Source: an uncultured Gammaproteobacteria bacterium
GTDB lineage: Bacteria; Patescibacteriota; Patescibacteriia; UBA1558; S5-K13
Direction of reading: 5' to 3'
NCBI GenBank assembly: GCA_964640635.1
Contig: CAZXFD010000002.1
Span: forward strand, 179,115-243,114
Length of the DNA stretch: 64,000 nucleotides
Position 1 is the stretch's first letter. Each line of letters starts with the position of its first letter. The translations under genes were made by a program, and so were the position numbers. Positions 1 to 9,888 of the stretch are shown here, piece by piece. The notes beneath the pieces were generated by a model, which saw nothing but the letters and a program-made list of their open reading frames with translations, ran no database searches and was not told the DNA's origin.

Positions 1-326
1 ACGTATGGATGTTCATTTTGATAAGCAAGTTTCACAGCCCTCTCAATAATCTTCTGACACTCATTAGAAAAAATTGGAATTCCATTTTTATTTATATCAT
101 CTATATTAGAATTCTTTGCTATCTCTATTTTCAAATCATTCTCACTAATTCCAATATCACTCAAAAAATTGTATGCAATTGATCCCTTATCAACAGATAA
201 AACATAAAGAATATCCCAAAAATTTATTTCCGATTTATTAAGTGTCGTTGCTAAGTCTTGTGCCTTAATTAAGGTAGACTTTAGACGCCTTGAAAACTTA
301 GCAAATATATCATTTATATTTTCCAT
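1..326 (-). CDS. Partial CDS (N-terminus only; rest lies beyond window start) with a Clp ATPase N-terminal-repeat-like sequence (ClpC/ClpB-type)
   Basis: Minus-strand ORF starting at ATG 326-324 and running off the window edge. Translation MENINDIFAKFSRRLKSTLIKAQDLATTLNKSEINFWDILYVLSVDKGSIAYNFLSDIGISENDLKIEI resembles the double Clp_N repeat. It was not in the ORF track because it is truncated. Confidence 0.4.
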   Translation of the reverse strand, partial: MENINDIFAKFSRRLKSTLIKAQDLATTLNKSEINFWDILYVLSVDKGSIAYNFLSDIGISENDLKIEIAKNSNIDDINKNGIPIFSNECQKIIERAVKLAYQNEHPY

Positions 327-482
327 ATGAATAATTTACCTATTATTTAATCCTTCAAACTTCATATTCATTATATCATCACAGTACTTTATTCTAAAAC
401 ATTGAATCTCTACTGTAAAGATTGACAAAAATCAATATCTAAGATAAAGTAATATGAAAATAAAAAATATACTGGAGGAATC

Positions 483-1685
483 ATGACAAGAGAACAAGAA
501 TACTTATCTGCACTAGAGATAAGAACAATAATAGACCGGTTAGAATATTTAAGACCCCTTGTTTCTAGAGGTCCCATAAATATATCTAAACTCGCTGAAC
601 TTCTCATTGTGAAAAAATTTGTTAAATCCCTAACAGATGCAGGCTTTAATCTTAAGTTTTTGCCCCTAGGTCACGATTTTGGTCATCTATTAAGAGATTC
701 TATTCATGCCATTCTTGCGGGTCAAGATAAGAAAATTTTAAATGGAATCGACACGTTAGATCTTTTTGCTGGATCTTTCGGCGGATCGTTTCATGATGTA
801 GGATTAATACTACACGAATTTATAGAATTAACACAAAAAATATTCGGATTTATTCCTATATCCAGATACGAGGAAAAAAATAATTATATGCGCCATGCCG
901 AGTATATGGTATATCTAATTGACAAGTTCCTAGATCTTTCTTCGCTAAACTTATCAAGTATAGATGAAGAATATTTAAAACTTGCCATAAAATATGCTGT
1001 AGCAGCGCACACTAACTATCTTACGTCCTTCACTGTTGATGGAAAAATTCTTAATCCCTACAAAAGCACCTGGCAAGATGGATCTCCCATATGGTTTGTA
1101 ATATTGACCAGATGGTGTGACAGAATGGATTGTATAGGACCATATTTTACAATTAGACACTTTACAACCCTTCTCTATCACAAAGAAAAAAAGACCACAG
1201 ATTACTCAATGATTAATGGCAAAAGAGTATTCTGTGATATTGATTTCAAAAATCACATGTATCCTTTCAAGCCAAAAAACAAAGAGCAAAAATCACAAGC
1301 AACTATGAGAAGTCATTTGGAGATGTTTCTAAACTCTCAAAACAATGAAACACCGTATGGCAAAGATGACATTCTTGGATCTATAATGGTTTCTATGCGC
1401 GAATATTACAAAGACCTGGGCTGGGAAATCATAAATGCTTTAGATAGCACTGAAGATGTCAATCCTAAATTTAACTCAAGAAACCTATTCAATCTAATAA
1501 AAAAGGTTTCTAGACATCCCAAAGATGACCAAATATGGGAACTTGTAAATGAATTTGAAAACCTCCCCAATGAAAGCAAAATTCCATGGAGAAGAGCATT
1601 TCGTGTAATAAGAAAACAAATTTCGAATCTTGCTATTTCTAAAAGGAAAGAGGCCGAAGATCTTGTCAAAATAATGCTCAACTAA
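483..1685 (+). CDS. Hypothetical protein; possibly an HD-domain-like metal-dependent hydrolase
   Basis: 400-aa ORF preceded by a strong SD (ctggaggaatcATG). Contains GHDFGH and FHDVGLILHEF His/Asp clusters reminiscent of HD motifs; I recognise no clear family. Confidence 0.3.
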   Translation: MTREQEYLSALEIRTIIDRLEYLRPLVSRGPINISKLAELLIVKKFVKSLTDAGFNLKFLPLGHDFGHLLRDSIHAILAGQDKKILNGIDTLDLFAGSFGGSFHDVGLILHEFIELTQKIFGFIPISRYEEKNNYMRHAEYMVYLIDKFLDLSSLNLSSIDEEYLKLAIKYAVAAHTNYLTSFTVDGKILNPYKSTWQDGSPIWFVILTRWCDRMDCIGPYFTIRHFTTLLYHKEKKTTDYSMINGKRVFCDIDFKNHMYPFKPKNKEQKSQATMRSHLEMFLNSQNNETPYGKDDILGSIMVSMREYYKDLGWEIINALDSTEDVNPKFNSRNLFNLIKKVSRHPKDDQIWELVNEFENLPNESKIPWRRAFRVIRKQISNLAISKRKEAEDLVKIMLN

Positions 1686-1695
1686 TAAAACAGTT

Positions 1696-1728
1696 CCGCT
1701 AGATCGAAGAATTTAGCGGTTTTTTTAT
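1696..1728 (+). terminator. Rho-independent terminator after the 483..1685 CDS
   Basis: Stem ccgcta/tagcgg with a 12-nt loop, followed by a T7 run. Confidence 0.6.
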
Positions 1729-1774
1729 TTGACAACAATATAATTCCACGGTAAATTAAATTAAATTACAAATA

Positions 1775-2839
1775 TTGGAGGAAAAAATGAAAACAAATGA
1801 TTTTTCTAAATATGCAGAAAAAATATTAGCACATAGAGGGCGCGTATTAAGTTGGTTAAATAATGTTCCACCCAACCCTATCTTAATGGAGCTATATCCA
1901 AGCAACATGTGTTCTCACAAATGCCCCTATTGTCCTAATAAAAATAGTAATTCAAACGACTTCCTAACATTGGAACAAATGAAAAATTACATTTTGCAAT
2001 TTAAAAACTTGGGCGGTAGAGCAATTATTTTTTCTGGTGGTGGAGAGCCACTAGCTAATCCATCAACAAAGGAGGCATTAGCTTATGCCGCATCTCTAGG
2101 AATAGAAAATGGTCTTTTTAGTAATGCGAGTCTCTTAAATTCAGATGATTTAATAAAAACTATTCTAAATTCTTGTAAGTTTTTTAGAATTAGCCTTGAC
2201 GCAGGAAATCCAGAGTTATTTAATTTAACTCATGGCATAAAAAAAATCCACTTTGATAAGATAATAAGAAATATTAAATCTCTAACATCAATAAAGAAAC
2301 AAATAGGTTCTAAATGTCTTGTTGGTACTGGATATCTTACGGGTCAAAAAACAACCTCGATGATTGATATGGAAAGTTTCATCTTATTATCTATAGAACT
2401 CGGCGTTGATTTTGTTCAATTTAGACCCTATTTGGGAGACACTACAAACATTAATGAATCAATAGATTATTTAGAAAAAAAGTATTCTAATCAAATTATA
2501 ATACTTACGTCTAATCAAAAGTTTTCTCTATTTTCCGATCCTCGAAGAAAATACAACAAATGTCATATTGCAAATTTTATATTTACAGTAGGCGCCGATG
2601 CAAATGTTTATAGTTGTTGTCATTTAAGCTCTGCTATGGAATTATCATTGGGGAATCTAGAGAACTTAAGTCTAAAAGATATTTGGATTAATAAGGATTC
2701 CGTTATTAATAAAATAAATGTTTCAAAATGCATCATACTATGTCGTGGAAATGCAATAAATGAAACTCTTGAACAAGTTCGACAAACAAACTCTGTCCCA
2801 AGAATTAAGGGTCATATAGTCCATAAAAACTTCTTATAA
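1775..2839 (+). CDS. Radical SAM enzyme with a C-terminal SPASM/twitch-like Cys cluster
   Basis: CSHKCPYC (C-x3-C-x2-C) radical SAM motif near the N-terminus and a GGGEPL glycine-rich SAM motif. The C-terminal region YSCCH...GNLENLSLKDIW...KCIILCRG resembles the SPASM auxiliary cluster region. Strong SD (attggaggaaaaaATG). Confidence 0.65.
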   Translation: MEEKMKTNDFSKYAEKILAHRGRVLSWLNNVPPNPILMELYPSNMCSHKCPYCPNKNSNSNDFLTLEQMKNYILQFKNLGGRAIIFSGGGEPLANPSTKEALAYAASLGIENGLFSNASLLNSDDLIKTILNSCKFFRISLDAGNPELFNLTHGIKKIHFDKIIRNIKSLTSIKKQIGSKCLVGTGYLTGQKTTSMIDMESFILLSIELGVDFVQFRPYLGDTTNINESIDYLEKKYSNQIIILTSNQKFSLFSDPRRKYNKCHIANFIFTVGADANVYSCCHLSSAMELSLGNLENLSLKDIWINKDSVINKINVSKCIILCRGNAINETLEQVRQTNSVPRIKGHIVHKNFL

Positions 2840-2866
2840 AGCCGAGAATCAACTCGGCTTTTTTAT
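2840..2866 (+). terminator. Rho-independent terminator after the radical SAM gene
   Basis: Stem agccgag/ctcggct with a 6-nt loop plus a T6 run. Confidence 0.6.
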
Positions 2867-2900
2867 TAGAAAAGAAATAATTAATCTAAGCGCATTTCTA

Positions 2901-2926
2901 TCGGGTTGTACAACCCGATTTTTTTA
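2901..2926 (+). terminator. Second hairpin plus T-run (tandem terminator)
   Basis: Stem tcgggttg/caacccga with a 2-nt loop plus a T7 run. Confidence 0.45.
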
Positions 2927-3012
2927 TTCATAAAAACAGGGATGATCCATGCCCGCTCGCCTTTGGAGAGAATCATCCCTACAGAAATGCGCCCTATATT
3001 TTTTATGTTAAA

Positions 3013-3900
3013 TCAAACATTCATCTGTCTTAGTTTATTTATTCTATCCTCTATTGGCGGATGTGTTGAAAACAATTTAGCAAAAGATTTTTTACCTACT
3101 CCAAATGGAGATGAAATAAATAAATGTGCAGTTGCAGTATTTGTTTTTTGCATTCCCATTTCATCTTTACTTATCTTCTCTAGTGCATTTGCAAGTCCCT
3201 CTGGATAACGCGTTAGAAGTGCGCCTGATGCATCAGCTAAATATTCACGTTTTCGCGACACTGCGAGTTGAATAAGGTTTGCAAAAATAGGAGAAAGAAT
3301 TGCCAAAACAATTCCTACTATTATAAGTATTCCGCCTCCTTTATTTTCACTATCACGACTCCTAAAAAGACTTCCTCTTATAAAAAAGTCTGCTAATAGT
3401 GATATTATTCCCACGCAAATTATTACAATAGTCATAAGACGAATATCATAATTTTTTATATGACTCATTTCATGAGCTATCACGCCTTCAAGTTCTTCAT
3501 TTTCAAGTTTTGCTATAGCACCAGTTGTAATTGCGATGCTAGAATGTTTTGGATCACGCCCTGTGGCAAAAGCATTTATAGAATCATCCGTCATAATATA
3601 TACCTTTGGCATTGGATTGCCAGATGTAATACTCAAATTTTCTACCATTCTATATACATAAGGGTTTTCATTTTTCTCTAGTTGCTTTGCACCTGCAGAA
3701 AAAAGAGCCACTTTATCGCCAGAATAATAGCTTATCATGCTCATAAAAATTGATATAAAACATATAAATATTACTCCACCATATCCCCAATTATAAGCAC
3801 GTCCAAAAATATATCCTAGCAGTGTCACAAAAACAACAAAAATAAACATTAGTAAAAATGTTTTTCTTTTATTACTACTTATTTGATTATATAAATTCAT
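3013..3900 (-). CDS. htpX: Zinc metalloprotease HtpX (M48 family)
   Basis: Two N-terminal TM helices, HEMSHIKNYD (HExxH) zinc motif, and an overall HtpX-like layout. Confidence 0.85.
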   Translation of the reverse strand: MNLYNQISSNKRKTFLLMFIFVVFVTLLGYIFGRAYNWGYGGVIFICFISIFMSMISYYSGDKVALFSAGAKQLEKNENPYVYRMVENLSITSGNPMPKVYIMTDDSINAFATGRDPKHSSIAITTGAIAKLENEELEGVIAHEMSHIKNYDIRLMTIVIICVGIISLLADFFIRGSLFRSRDSENKGGGILIIVGIVLAILSPIFANLIQLAVSRKREYLADASGALLTRYPEGLANALEKISKDEMGMQKTNTATAHLFISSPFGVGKKSFAKLFSTHPPIEDRINKLRQMNV

Positions 3901-3969
3901 ATTTTTTTGAAATTTAATAATTTGAAATTTGAAATTGATTTGTCATTTGAAAATTGAAAATTGGAAATT

Positions 3970-4956
3970 CTATATTAGCCCCATTTTCTTTTTTATTTCC
4001 AACATATTTCTCGTTGCAATTTTTTGAGCTTGTTTTGCACCAGAATCTAATATACTTTTTATCTTTTTTGGATTTTTCAAAAATTCTTGTTTTCTGTATT
4101 GTATTGGTTCTAATTCTTTTATAATTATCTCTGCTAATTCTGATTTAAGCTCTGAATATTTAATTGTCTTATTATTATATTGTTTTAAAAAATTATCATA
4201 TACTTCTTTAGCGTCAAAAAACAACAACAAATCAAATAAATTTTTTACGCCCTTTGACATTTCTTTATCAAAATTTGAATCTGTTACAGCGCGAGATACT
4301 TTTCTTCTAATTTCATCTGGAGTATCTGATAGCGAAATATAACTTCCGGCAATTGATTTACTCATTTTTTTATCCGGATCGTTCAATGACATTATTTTTG
4401 CACCCGTTGTAATATATGGATTTACTTTTTTAAAAAACTCTCCGAATTTATTATTGAATTTTTTAAGAATTATATTTGTAAGCTCTAAGTGTTGCGACTG
4501 ATCTTCTCCAACAGGAACAATCTCTGTTCCATACAACAAAACATCCGCAGCCATAAGAACTGGATAATCAAGAAGTCCAATATTTATATTTTTTTCATTC
4601 TTAGAAGACTTGTCTTTATACTGTGTCATTCTATATAATTCTGAAACAGGAATAATTGTATTTAGTAGCCAACAAAGCTCAGCATGTTCTTTGACACGTG
4701 ATTGCAAAAATAATATTGATTTTTTTGGATCAATTCCACAAGCCAAAAGTGTTGCCGTCAAATCAATAATTCTATCTTGATATTGTTTTGGATTATAATC
4801 AATTGTAATTGCGTGTAAATCTACAATTGAATAAATACAATTATACTCTCCCTTGTTTTGAAGATTTACCCAATTTCGTATTGCACCCAAATAATTACCA
4901 ATATGCATTTCGCCCGTTGGCTGAATACCTGAAAATAGTATTTTTTTATTAGTCAT
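3970..4956 (-). CDS. trpS: Tryptophanyl-tRNA synthetase
   Basis: N-terminal LFSGIQPTGEMHIGNYLGA (class I HIGH-type motif) and KKMSKS motif; length 328 aa. Confidence 0.9.
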   Translation of the reverse strand: MTNKKILFSGIQPTGEMHIGNYLGAIRNWVNLQNKGEYNCIYSIVDLHAITIDYNPKQYQDRIIDLTATLLACGIDPKKSILFLQSRVKEHAELCWLLNTIIPVSELYRMTQYKDKSSKNEKNINIGLLDYPVLMAADVLLYGTEIVPVGEDQSQHLELTNIILKKFNNKFGEFFKKVNPYITTGAKIMSLNDPDKKMSKSIAGSYISLSDTPDEIRRKVSRAVTDSNFDKEMSKGVKNLFDLLLFFDAKEVYDNFLKQYNNKTIKYSELKSELAEIIIKELEPIQYRKQEFLKNPKKIKSILDSGAKQAQKIATRNMLEIKKKMGLI

Positions 4957-5010
4957 ATTTTTAACAAATATAAATTAATCAATTATCCTATTAATCTATT
5001 ATACTATTAA

Positions 5011-6819
5011 TTATACTTCTATAACAACGGGAAGAACCATTGGCCTTCTTTGTGTTTCTTGAAATAAGTATTGACCTATTTGATTTCTAATTTTGTTCTT
5101 GAAATACATATCGTTTGCCATATTTTCCTTATTTCCTGTTTTTAGAATTTGTCTTACCTTATCCCTCGTTTGTTCAATAAGTTCTTTGCTTTCTTTAAGA
5201 TATATAAATCCACGAGAAATAATATCTGGACTATGAACAAGCTCTCCCGTCTTAGCAGATATAGTTGCAATGACAACAATCATTCCATCATCAGACATAA
5301 TTTTTCTATCTCGAAGCACAATGTTAGAAATATCACCAACCCCTAATCCATCTACAAATACATAATCAGCGGGAATACGCTTTGTTGTAAGTCTTCCACC
5401 GAGCTTTGTAAACTCAATGATCTGACCATTGTCAGCTATAAAGATATTTTTTGCATCTATCCCCGCTTCTTCAGCTATCTTTGCATGAATATGTAAAAAA
5501 GAATGATTACCTTCAATAGGGATAAAATATCTTGGTCTTACAAGATTTATCATAAGCTTAAGATCTTCTTTTTTAGCATGACCTCCAGCATGAACGTCCA
5601 TCATTTGATAATGAATTACTTCAGCCCCCTGTCTATACAAACTATCCTTAAGACGTTGTACAGATCTTTCATTTCCAGGAACAACAGAAGATGAAAACAC
5701 CACTGTGTCACCCTTATCTACTTTTAAAAACTTGTGATCTCTGTTTATAATTCTCATCAAAACTGCATTATCCTCTCCTTGAGCACCTGTACAACAAACA
5801 ACAATTCTGTTTGCTGGATATTCATGAAGTTCTTTTTCACTAATTATTGTATGTTTATTATAGTGAAAATATCCTAGCTGATGAGCTATTTCAATATTTG
5901 TTTTCATACTATAGCCCTCTACAAGAATTTTTTTGTTCAATTTTTCAGCAGCATTGAAAACTTGTTGTAATCTATTTAAAAGTGAAGAAAATGTTGCTAT
6001 AACAACTCTTCCTTGAGCATTTCTTATAATATCAAATAGATTTGATTTGATTTCTGACTCTGATATCTGATGTCCACTTTGTGGTGCATTTGTTGAGTCA
6101 GCCATAAGGGCAAGAACATTGTGTTCTGAAAGTTCTGCAATTTTTGCAACATCTGGAAGGTCACCAGATTCTCTATCAAAATCAAGCTTAAAGTCACCAG
6201 TATGCACTACTTTTCCAAGCGGTGTATCTACAACTATCCCCATTGAAGTTGGAATATTATGGCTTACTGCAAAAAAAGATATTTTGAAATTTCCAAGATG
6301 CAATGTATCGTCTGTTGTTACAGCCTGCAAATTAAGTGGGGATACATCCTTGAATTCTTCCATTCTTTTTTTTATTATTCCCAAGCTAAGTGCAGAGCTA
6401 TAAATTGTTGGATTTCCAAGTCTTGGAACAAGATAAGGAATTGCCCCGATATGATCCAAATGAGCATGAGTTATAACAACTCCTTTTATATTTTTTTCTT
6501 TCCCTTTTAGATATTCAATGTTTGGAATGATAAAATCGATTCCTGGCATATCTTCTTCTGGAAATTGAAGACCCATATCAATAATTATGATATCTTTTTC
6601 ATATTCTAAAAGTGTCATATTTCTACCAACCTCTTCATTTCCTCCCAAAATCATTATTTTGAGTTTTCCATGTTCAAATGTTTTAACCTCGTCTTTTTCT
6701 ACGTGAGAAACTTTATTTTTTTTCACAAAAGAAGAATCCCCTCTTTTATGAAAACCTTTGTTTTGTTTTGGAGCAAGTTTTTTTGTCATAAAACCTGCTC
6801 GTTTTGTATTTTCTACCAT
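5011..6819 (-). CDS. rnj: Ribonuclease J (metallo-beta-lactamase/beta-CASP RNase)
   Basis: HAHLDHIG (HxHxDH) motif, beta-CASP region, about 600 aa. The N-terminus may be shorter than the ORF (alternative Met upstream of KLKIMILGGNEEVG). Confidence 0.85.
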   Translation of the reverse strand: MVENTKRAGFMTKKLAPKQNKGFHKRGDSSFVKKNKVSHVEKDEVKTFEHGKLKIMILGGNEEVGRNMTLLEYEKDIIIIDMGLQFPEEDMPGIDFIIPNIEYLKGKEKNIKGVVITHAHLDHIGAIPYLVPRLGNPTIYSSALSLGIIKKRMEEFKDVSPLNLQAVTTDDTLHLGNFKISFFAVSHNIPTSMGIVVDTPLGKVVHTGDFKLDFDRESGDLPDVAKIAELSEHNVLALMADSTNAPQSGHQISESEIKSNLFDIIRNAQGRVVIATFSSLLNRLQQVFNAAEKLNKKILVEGYSMKTNIEIAHQLGYFHYNKHTIISEKELHEYPANRIVVCCTGAQGEDNAVLMRIINRDHKFLKVDKGDTVVFSSSVVPGNERSVQRLKDSLYRQGAEVIHYQMMDVHAGGHAKKEDLKLMINLVRPRYFIPIEGNHSFLHIHAKIAEEAGIDAKNIFIADNGQIIEFTKLGGRLTTKRIPADYVFVDGLGVGDISNIVLRDRKIMSDDGMIVVIATISAKTGELVHSPDIISRGFIYLKESKELIEQTRDKVRQILKTGNKENMANDMYFKNKIRNQIGQYLFQETQRRPMVLPVVIEV

Positions 6820-6928
6820 AAATTATTTTTATATCCGAGAGATAACTCAAGGACAAGTTTAAATTTTAATTACTAATTTTTACCAAACACATGTTTGATA
6901 GTACTTATTTATTTGAAGTCCAAATATT

Positions 6929-8758
6929 TTATTTTATAGATTTTTTTGATCTAATGTACCAATTTGTTACATTACTAAATCTATCAGATGGAAGATAAAC
7001 CACTTTTGTATCTATTCCTTTTATGTTTTTACTGAAAATATAGTTAAATTGTGGTCTAAATAAAAATATTGCAAAATATTGTTGCTTTAAAATATCTTCA
7101 AATTTCTGATATTTCACAGTCTTTTCTTCTAAATTAGATGTCTTTCTTGCTGATTCCAAAATAGAATCAATATCAGAATTAGCTAGTAAACTGAGATTCA
7201 ATCCATTTTGCATCTGAGAAGAATGCCAAAATGGATATGGATCAATGTCGTATGACAATAATTGTCCATGTAACAGTATTTGATATTGTCTTGGAATAAT
7301 AACCTGTGTATTAATCTTTTGTCTTGAAATAATTTCAATATTTACAGTAATACCAAGTGAATTCCATTGTTTTTTAATATATTCCAAAATTTTTACATAC
7401 TCAGCGTTATCGACGCTTGTAATTGTAATTTCAAATTTTACTTCTCCTTTTTTAAGCACGTTTTCCGTCGTGTCATATTTAAAACCATAGTCTTCTAAAT
7501 TCTTTTTAGCTTTATCAATATCATAGACATCTTCAAGTGGCGCTATTAAAAAATCTAGTGGCGCATAAGCTTCTTTATCTTTTATGCCAGCATAGATAAT
7601 AAGGTCTTTTTTATTAATAGCTAAGCTAAGTGCTTCTCTAACTTTTGTATCTTTTAAAAATGTATTTTGTTTTGGATTAAAAAATAAAGCTGTATATTTT
7701 GGAGTATCAAAGCTATTTATAAATCTACTCTTTAAACTCTTTACTTTAGAAAAATCATATTTTGACACAGAGGCTATTGCATCTACATGACCATTATTGA
7801 AAGCCTCGATAAGACTATCTGTGTCTGAATAAAATCTAAAATCTATTTCATTTATATATGGTCTTTTTTCATAGTAATCCTTGAAAGAAACAACTTTGTA
7901 TTGTTTTATAACTCCATTTGCATCTTTTTTAAAGGAATCAAACTTGAATGGCCCACTTCCAATAGGTTTTCTATTTAACTCTGTAAGCATGTAATTTTCA
8001 TAAGACACTCCTTGCCAGACATGCTCTGGCAAAATTCCAAATGTTAAAAGAGATGTAAACTGATCAAGTGGTTCTTGTAAAGTAAGTCTAAAAATATCAT
8101 CTGATTCTTGTTGAAAAACTATTCCCTGAAATGTTCTATAGAGTGGGCTTTTGAAATTAGCATCTTGAATAAGAGATAATGTAAAACCTATGTCATCTGA
8201 TCCAATAGTTTCTCCATCATGCCACAATATATTTTTTCTTAGTTTAAAAACATATGTTTTGTTTTCATTTTCCAGCCAATAATCCTCTATCAAATCTTTT
8301 TGTAATTTTCCTTCTTTATCAATTTTGAATAATCCAGAAAAAATTAATCTGCTAATGTCTCTGTCTGCATCATTTGATTGAGAAAGTATCGGATTTATAT
8401 ATTGCAGAGATCCAAGTAATCCTTCTGTATAAATCCCTCCATATACTGGGCGTTCTATCATCTTTGAAAGAGCAAATCTTAATCCAAGCCAAGAAAAAGA
8501 AATTAAAAACACAAACAAACATATATTAAAAACTTTTTTTTCTTTATTTGTAAGAAAATGTTTAATTTGTTTAAATTGTTTCGTGCTCGGAAGATGTCTA
8601 TCTGATAAAGAGGAAATAAGCTTTTTATCTTCACTATTTTTATCAAAGACGTCTTTCATTTTTTGAACAATAAAAAAATCAAAGTATCTAGATGACCTTG
8701 TATAAAGTTTTCTAAAAGACTCCTTTTTTAATAAAAAATTTTTGAATTTTCTAAGCAC
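6929..8758 (-). CDS. Extracellular solute-binding protein, family 5 (peptide/nickel ABC-type SBP-like), N-terminally membrane-anchored
   Basis: 609 aa with an N-terminal TM anchor and overall similarity to OppA/DppA-type SBPs. No permease genes are adjacent. Confidence 0.55.
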   Translation of the reverse strand: MLRKFKNFLLKKESFRKLYTRSSRYFDFFIVQKMKDVFDKNSEDKKLISSLSDRHLPSTKQFKQIKHFLTNKEKKVFNICLFVFLISFSWLGLRFALSKMIERPVYGGIYTEGLLGSLQYINPILSQSNDADRDISRLIFSGLFKIDKEGKLQKDLIEDYWLENENKTYVFKLRKNILWHDGETIGSDDIGFTLSLIQDANFKSPLYRTFQGIVFQQESDDIFRLTLQEPLDQFTSLLTFGILPEHVWQGVSYENYMLTELNRKPIGSGPFKFDSFKKDANGVIKQYKVVSFKDYYEKRPYINEIDFRFYSDTDSLIEAFNNGHVDAIASVSKYDFSKVKSLKSRFINSFDTPKYTALFFNPKQNTFLKDTKVREALSLAINKKDLIIYAGIKDKEAYAPLDFLIAPLEDVYDIDKAKKNLEDYGFKYDTTENVLKKGEVKFEITITSVDNAEYVKILEYIKKQWNSLGITVNIEIISRQKINTQVIIPRQYQILLHGQLLSYDIDPYPFWHSSQMQNGLNLSLLANSDIDSILESARKTSNLEEKTVKYQKFEDILKQQYFAIFLFRPQFNYIFSKNIKGIDTKVVYLPSDRFSNVTNWYIRSKKSIK

Positions 8759-8828
8759 TTTTGTATTCTAAAACAATAAGATAAAGCTGTTTTTATAAAA
8801 ACAGCAAACGGATATATTTAGTACACCT

Positions 8829-9044
8829 TTATTTTATAAATAAATGTGCTGCGCTTATAAGACAAAATAGCACTGCAAGTACTATAGTAAAAATATGCAT
8901 GAATTTCTCAGCACCTCTTTTTACTTGAAAAACGCTACTTCCTCCGCCAAAAACAGAAGAGAGGCCTCCACCCTTTTGCTGTAAAACTATGGCGATAATA
9001 AGTAATATCGCTACAATAATTTGTAATATATAAAGAAATTTCAT
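8829..9044 (-). CDS. secG: Preprotein translocase subunit SecG
   Basis: MKFLYILQIIVAILLIIAIVLQQKGGGLSSVFGGGSS shows the typical SecG TM1, QQ.KGGG, glycine-rich loop and a second TM. The ORF-track start at 9065 is an alternative. Confidence 0.65.
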   Translation of the reverse strand: MKFLYILQIIVAILLIIAIVLQQKGGGLSSVFGGGSSVFQVKRGAEKFMHIFTIVLAVLFCLISAAHLFIK

Positions 9045-9181
9045 ATCTATATAATATACTAGCATATTGAAATAAATATGTCAATTTACTGCACAATATT
9101 GAAATTTTAAACAAAATCTTTGCTATTTTTGTAACAAATAAAAAACCTTGAATACTATTACGGCAATCAAGGTCTAAACGA

Positions 9182-9616
9182 TCATGCAAAAATTGCAACA
9201 TATATTGGTTCTGTAGAAAAGAAAGATCCATTTAAACGACAAACAAGATCAGTCCATGTTTTCCCTGATTCATTCCAGAAAATTTCAAAAACAAGATCAT
9301 CACGGCCAATACCAATACCAAAGCTACTATAAAAGGTTCCTAAAAAATAAATGCTACGATATTTCCTCCACTCCTTGGGAATCATTTCTTGATGAGCTAA
9401 AAAAAAATCCAAAAAACAACCATTAAGGGGGATTTTATTTTCTTTTTTCAATTGCTTCAACAAATCGGGTAATTTACAATATCCTCCATCAAAAATTCTT
9501 AACGTGATTTTTGCGATATCAAAAACAAATTTACCTTGTTTTTCATGCTCTGTGATTGAATACTCACGCCTAGCCAAGGGAAAACTATCCCCGTCAATAA
9601 TATGAGAGCTTACCAT
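9182..9616 (-). CDS. Hypothetical protein (145 aa)
   Basis: ATG at 9616 is preceded by a strong SD (aaaaggaggattaaaATG), and the ORF is followed by a hairpin terminator at about 9150-9180. No family recognised. Confidence 0.45.
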   Translation of the reverse strand: MVSSHIIDGDSFPLARREYSITEHEKQGKFVFDIAKITLRIFDGGYCKLPDLLKQLKKENKIPLNGCFLDFFLAHQEMIPKEWRKYRSIYFLGTFYSSFGIGIGRDDLVFEIFWNESGKTWTDLVCRLNGSFFSTEPIYVAIFA

Positions 9617-9780
9617 TTTAATCCTCCTTTTGGAAAATGTTAATTTACTATATATAATCATCTATAAAAAAATTTGTCAAACTAAATATCCATCCCCATC
9701 CATCTTTTCATTTACGTCTTACATCACAAAATATGCTATAATTTTATTATATACTGACAAAACTAAGAAGCTAACCCTAT

Positions 9781-9836
9781 CTGCCTACCGATCTTCGACT
9801 CTGAGAGTTGAGCTCTCAAGCTCAGACTCGAATGAG
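9781..9836 (+). repeat. 56-bp structured repeat, copy A
   Basis: ctgcctaccgatcttcgactctgagagttgagctctcaagctcagactcgaatgag matches the reverse complement of 15965..16020 at 53 of 56 positions. Confidence 0.8.
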
Positions 9837-9888
9837 TAAGTGGGCCAACCACCTAATTCACCCCGCTATGGCGGGGCAAGCTAACTCT

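Noticed and set aside
2906-3208. 100-aa plus-strand ORF
   Set aside because: It lies entirely opposite the well-supported htpX gene and has no SD or recognisable motif; most likely a shadow ORF of an AT-rich coding region.
5149-6510. Several 60-95-aa ORFs inside rnj on the opposite strand or in alternative frames
   Set aside because: They are embedded in a conserved RNase J coding region; antisense shadow ORFs.
8935-9231. 98-aa minus-strand ORF overlapping secG and the downstream gene's terminator
   Set aside because: It overlaps the better-supported SecG frame and an intergenic terminator hairpin, and has no RBS; spurious.
9808-9888. N-terminal extension of the DUF45 gene as given in the ORF track
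   Set aside because: The extension overlaps the 56-bp repeat and a GC hairpin and encodes an atypical leader (MSSQAQTRMSKWANHLIHPAMAGQANS). DUF45 proteins normally start like MPKIIYSKRRT, so the start at 9889 is preferred.
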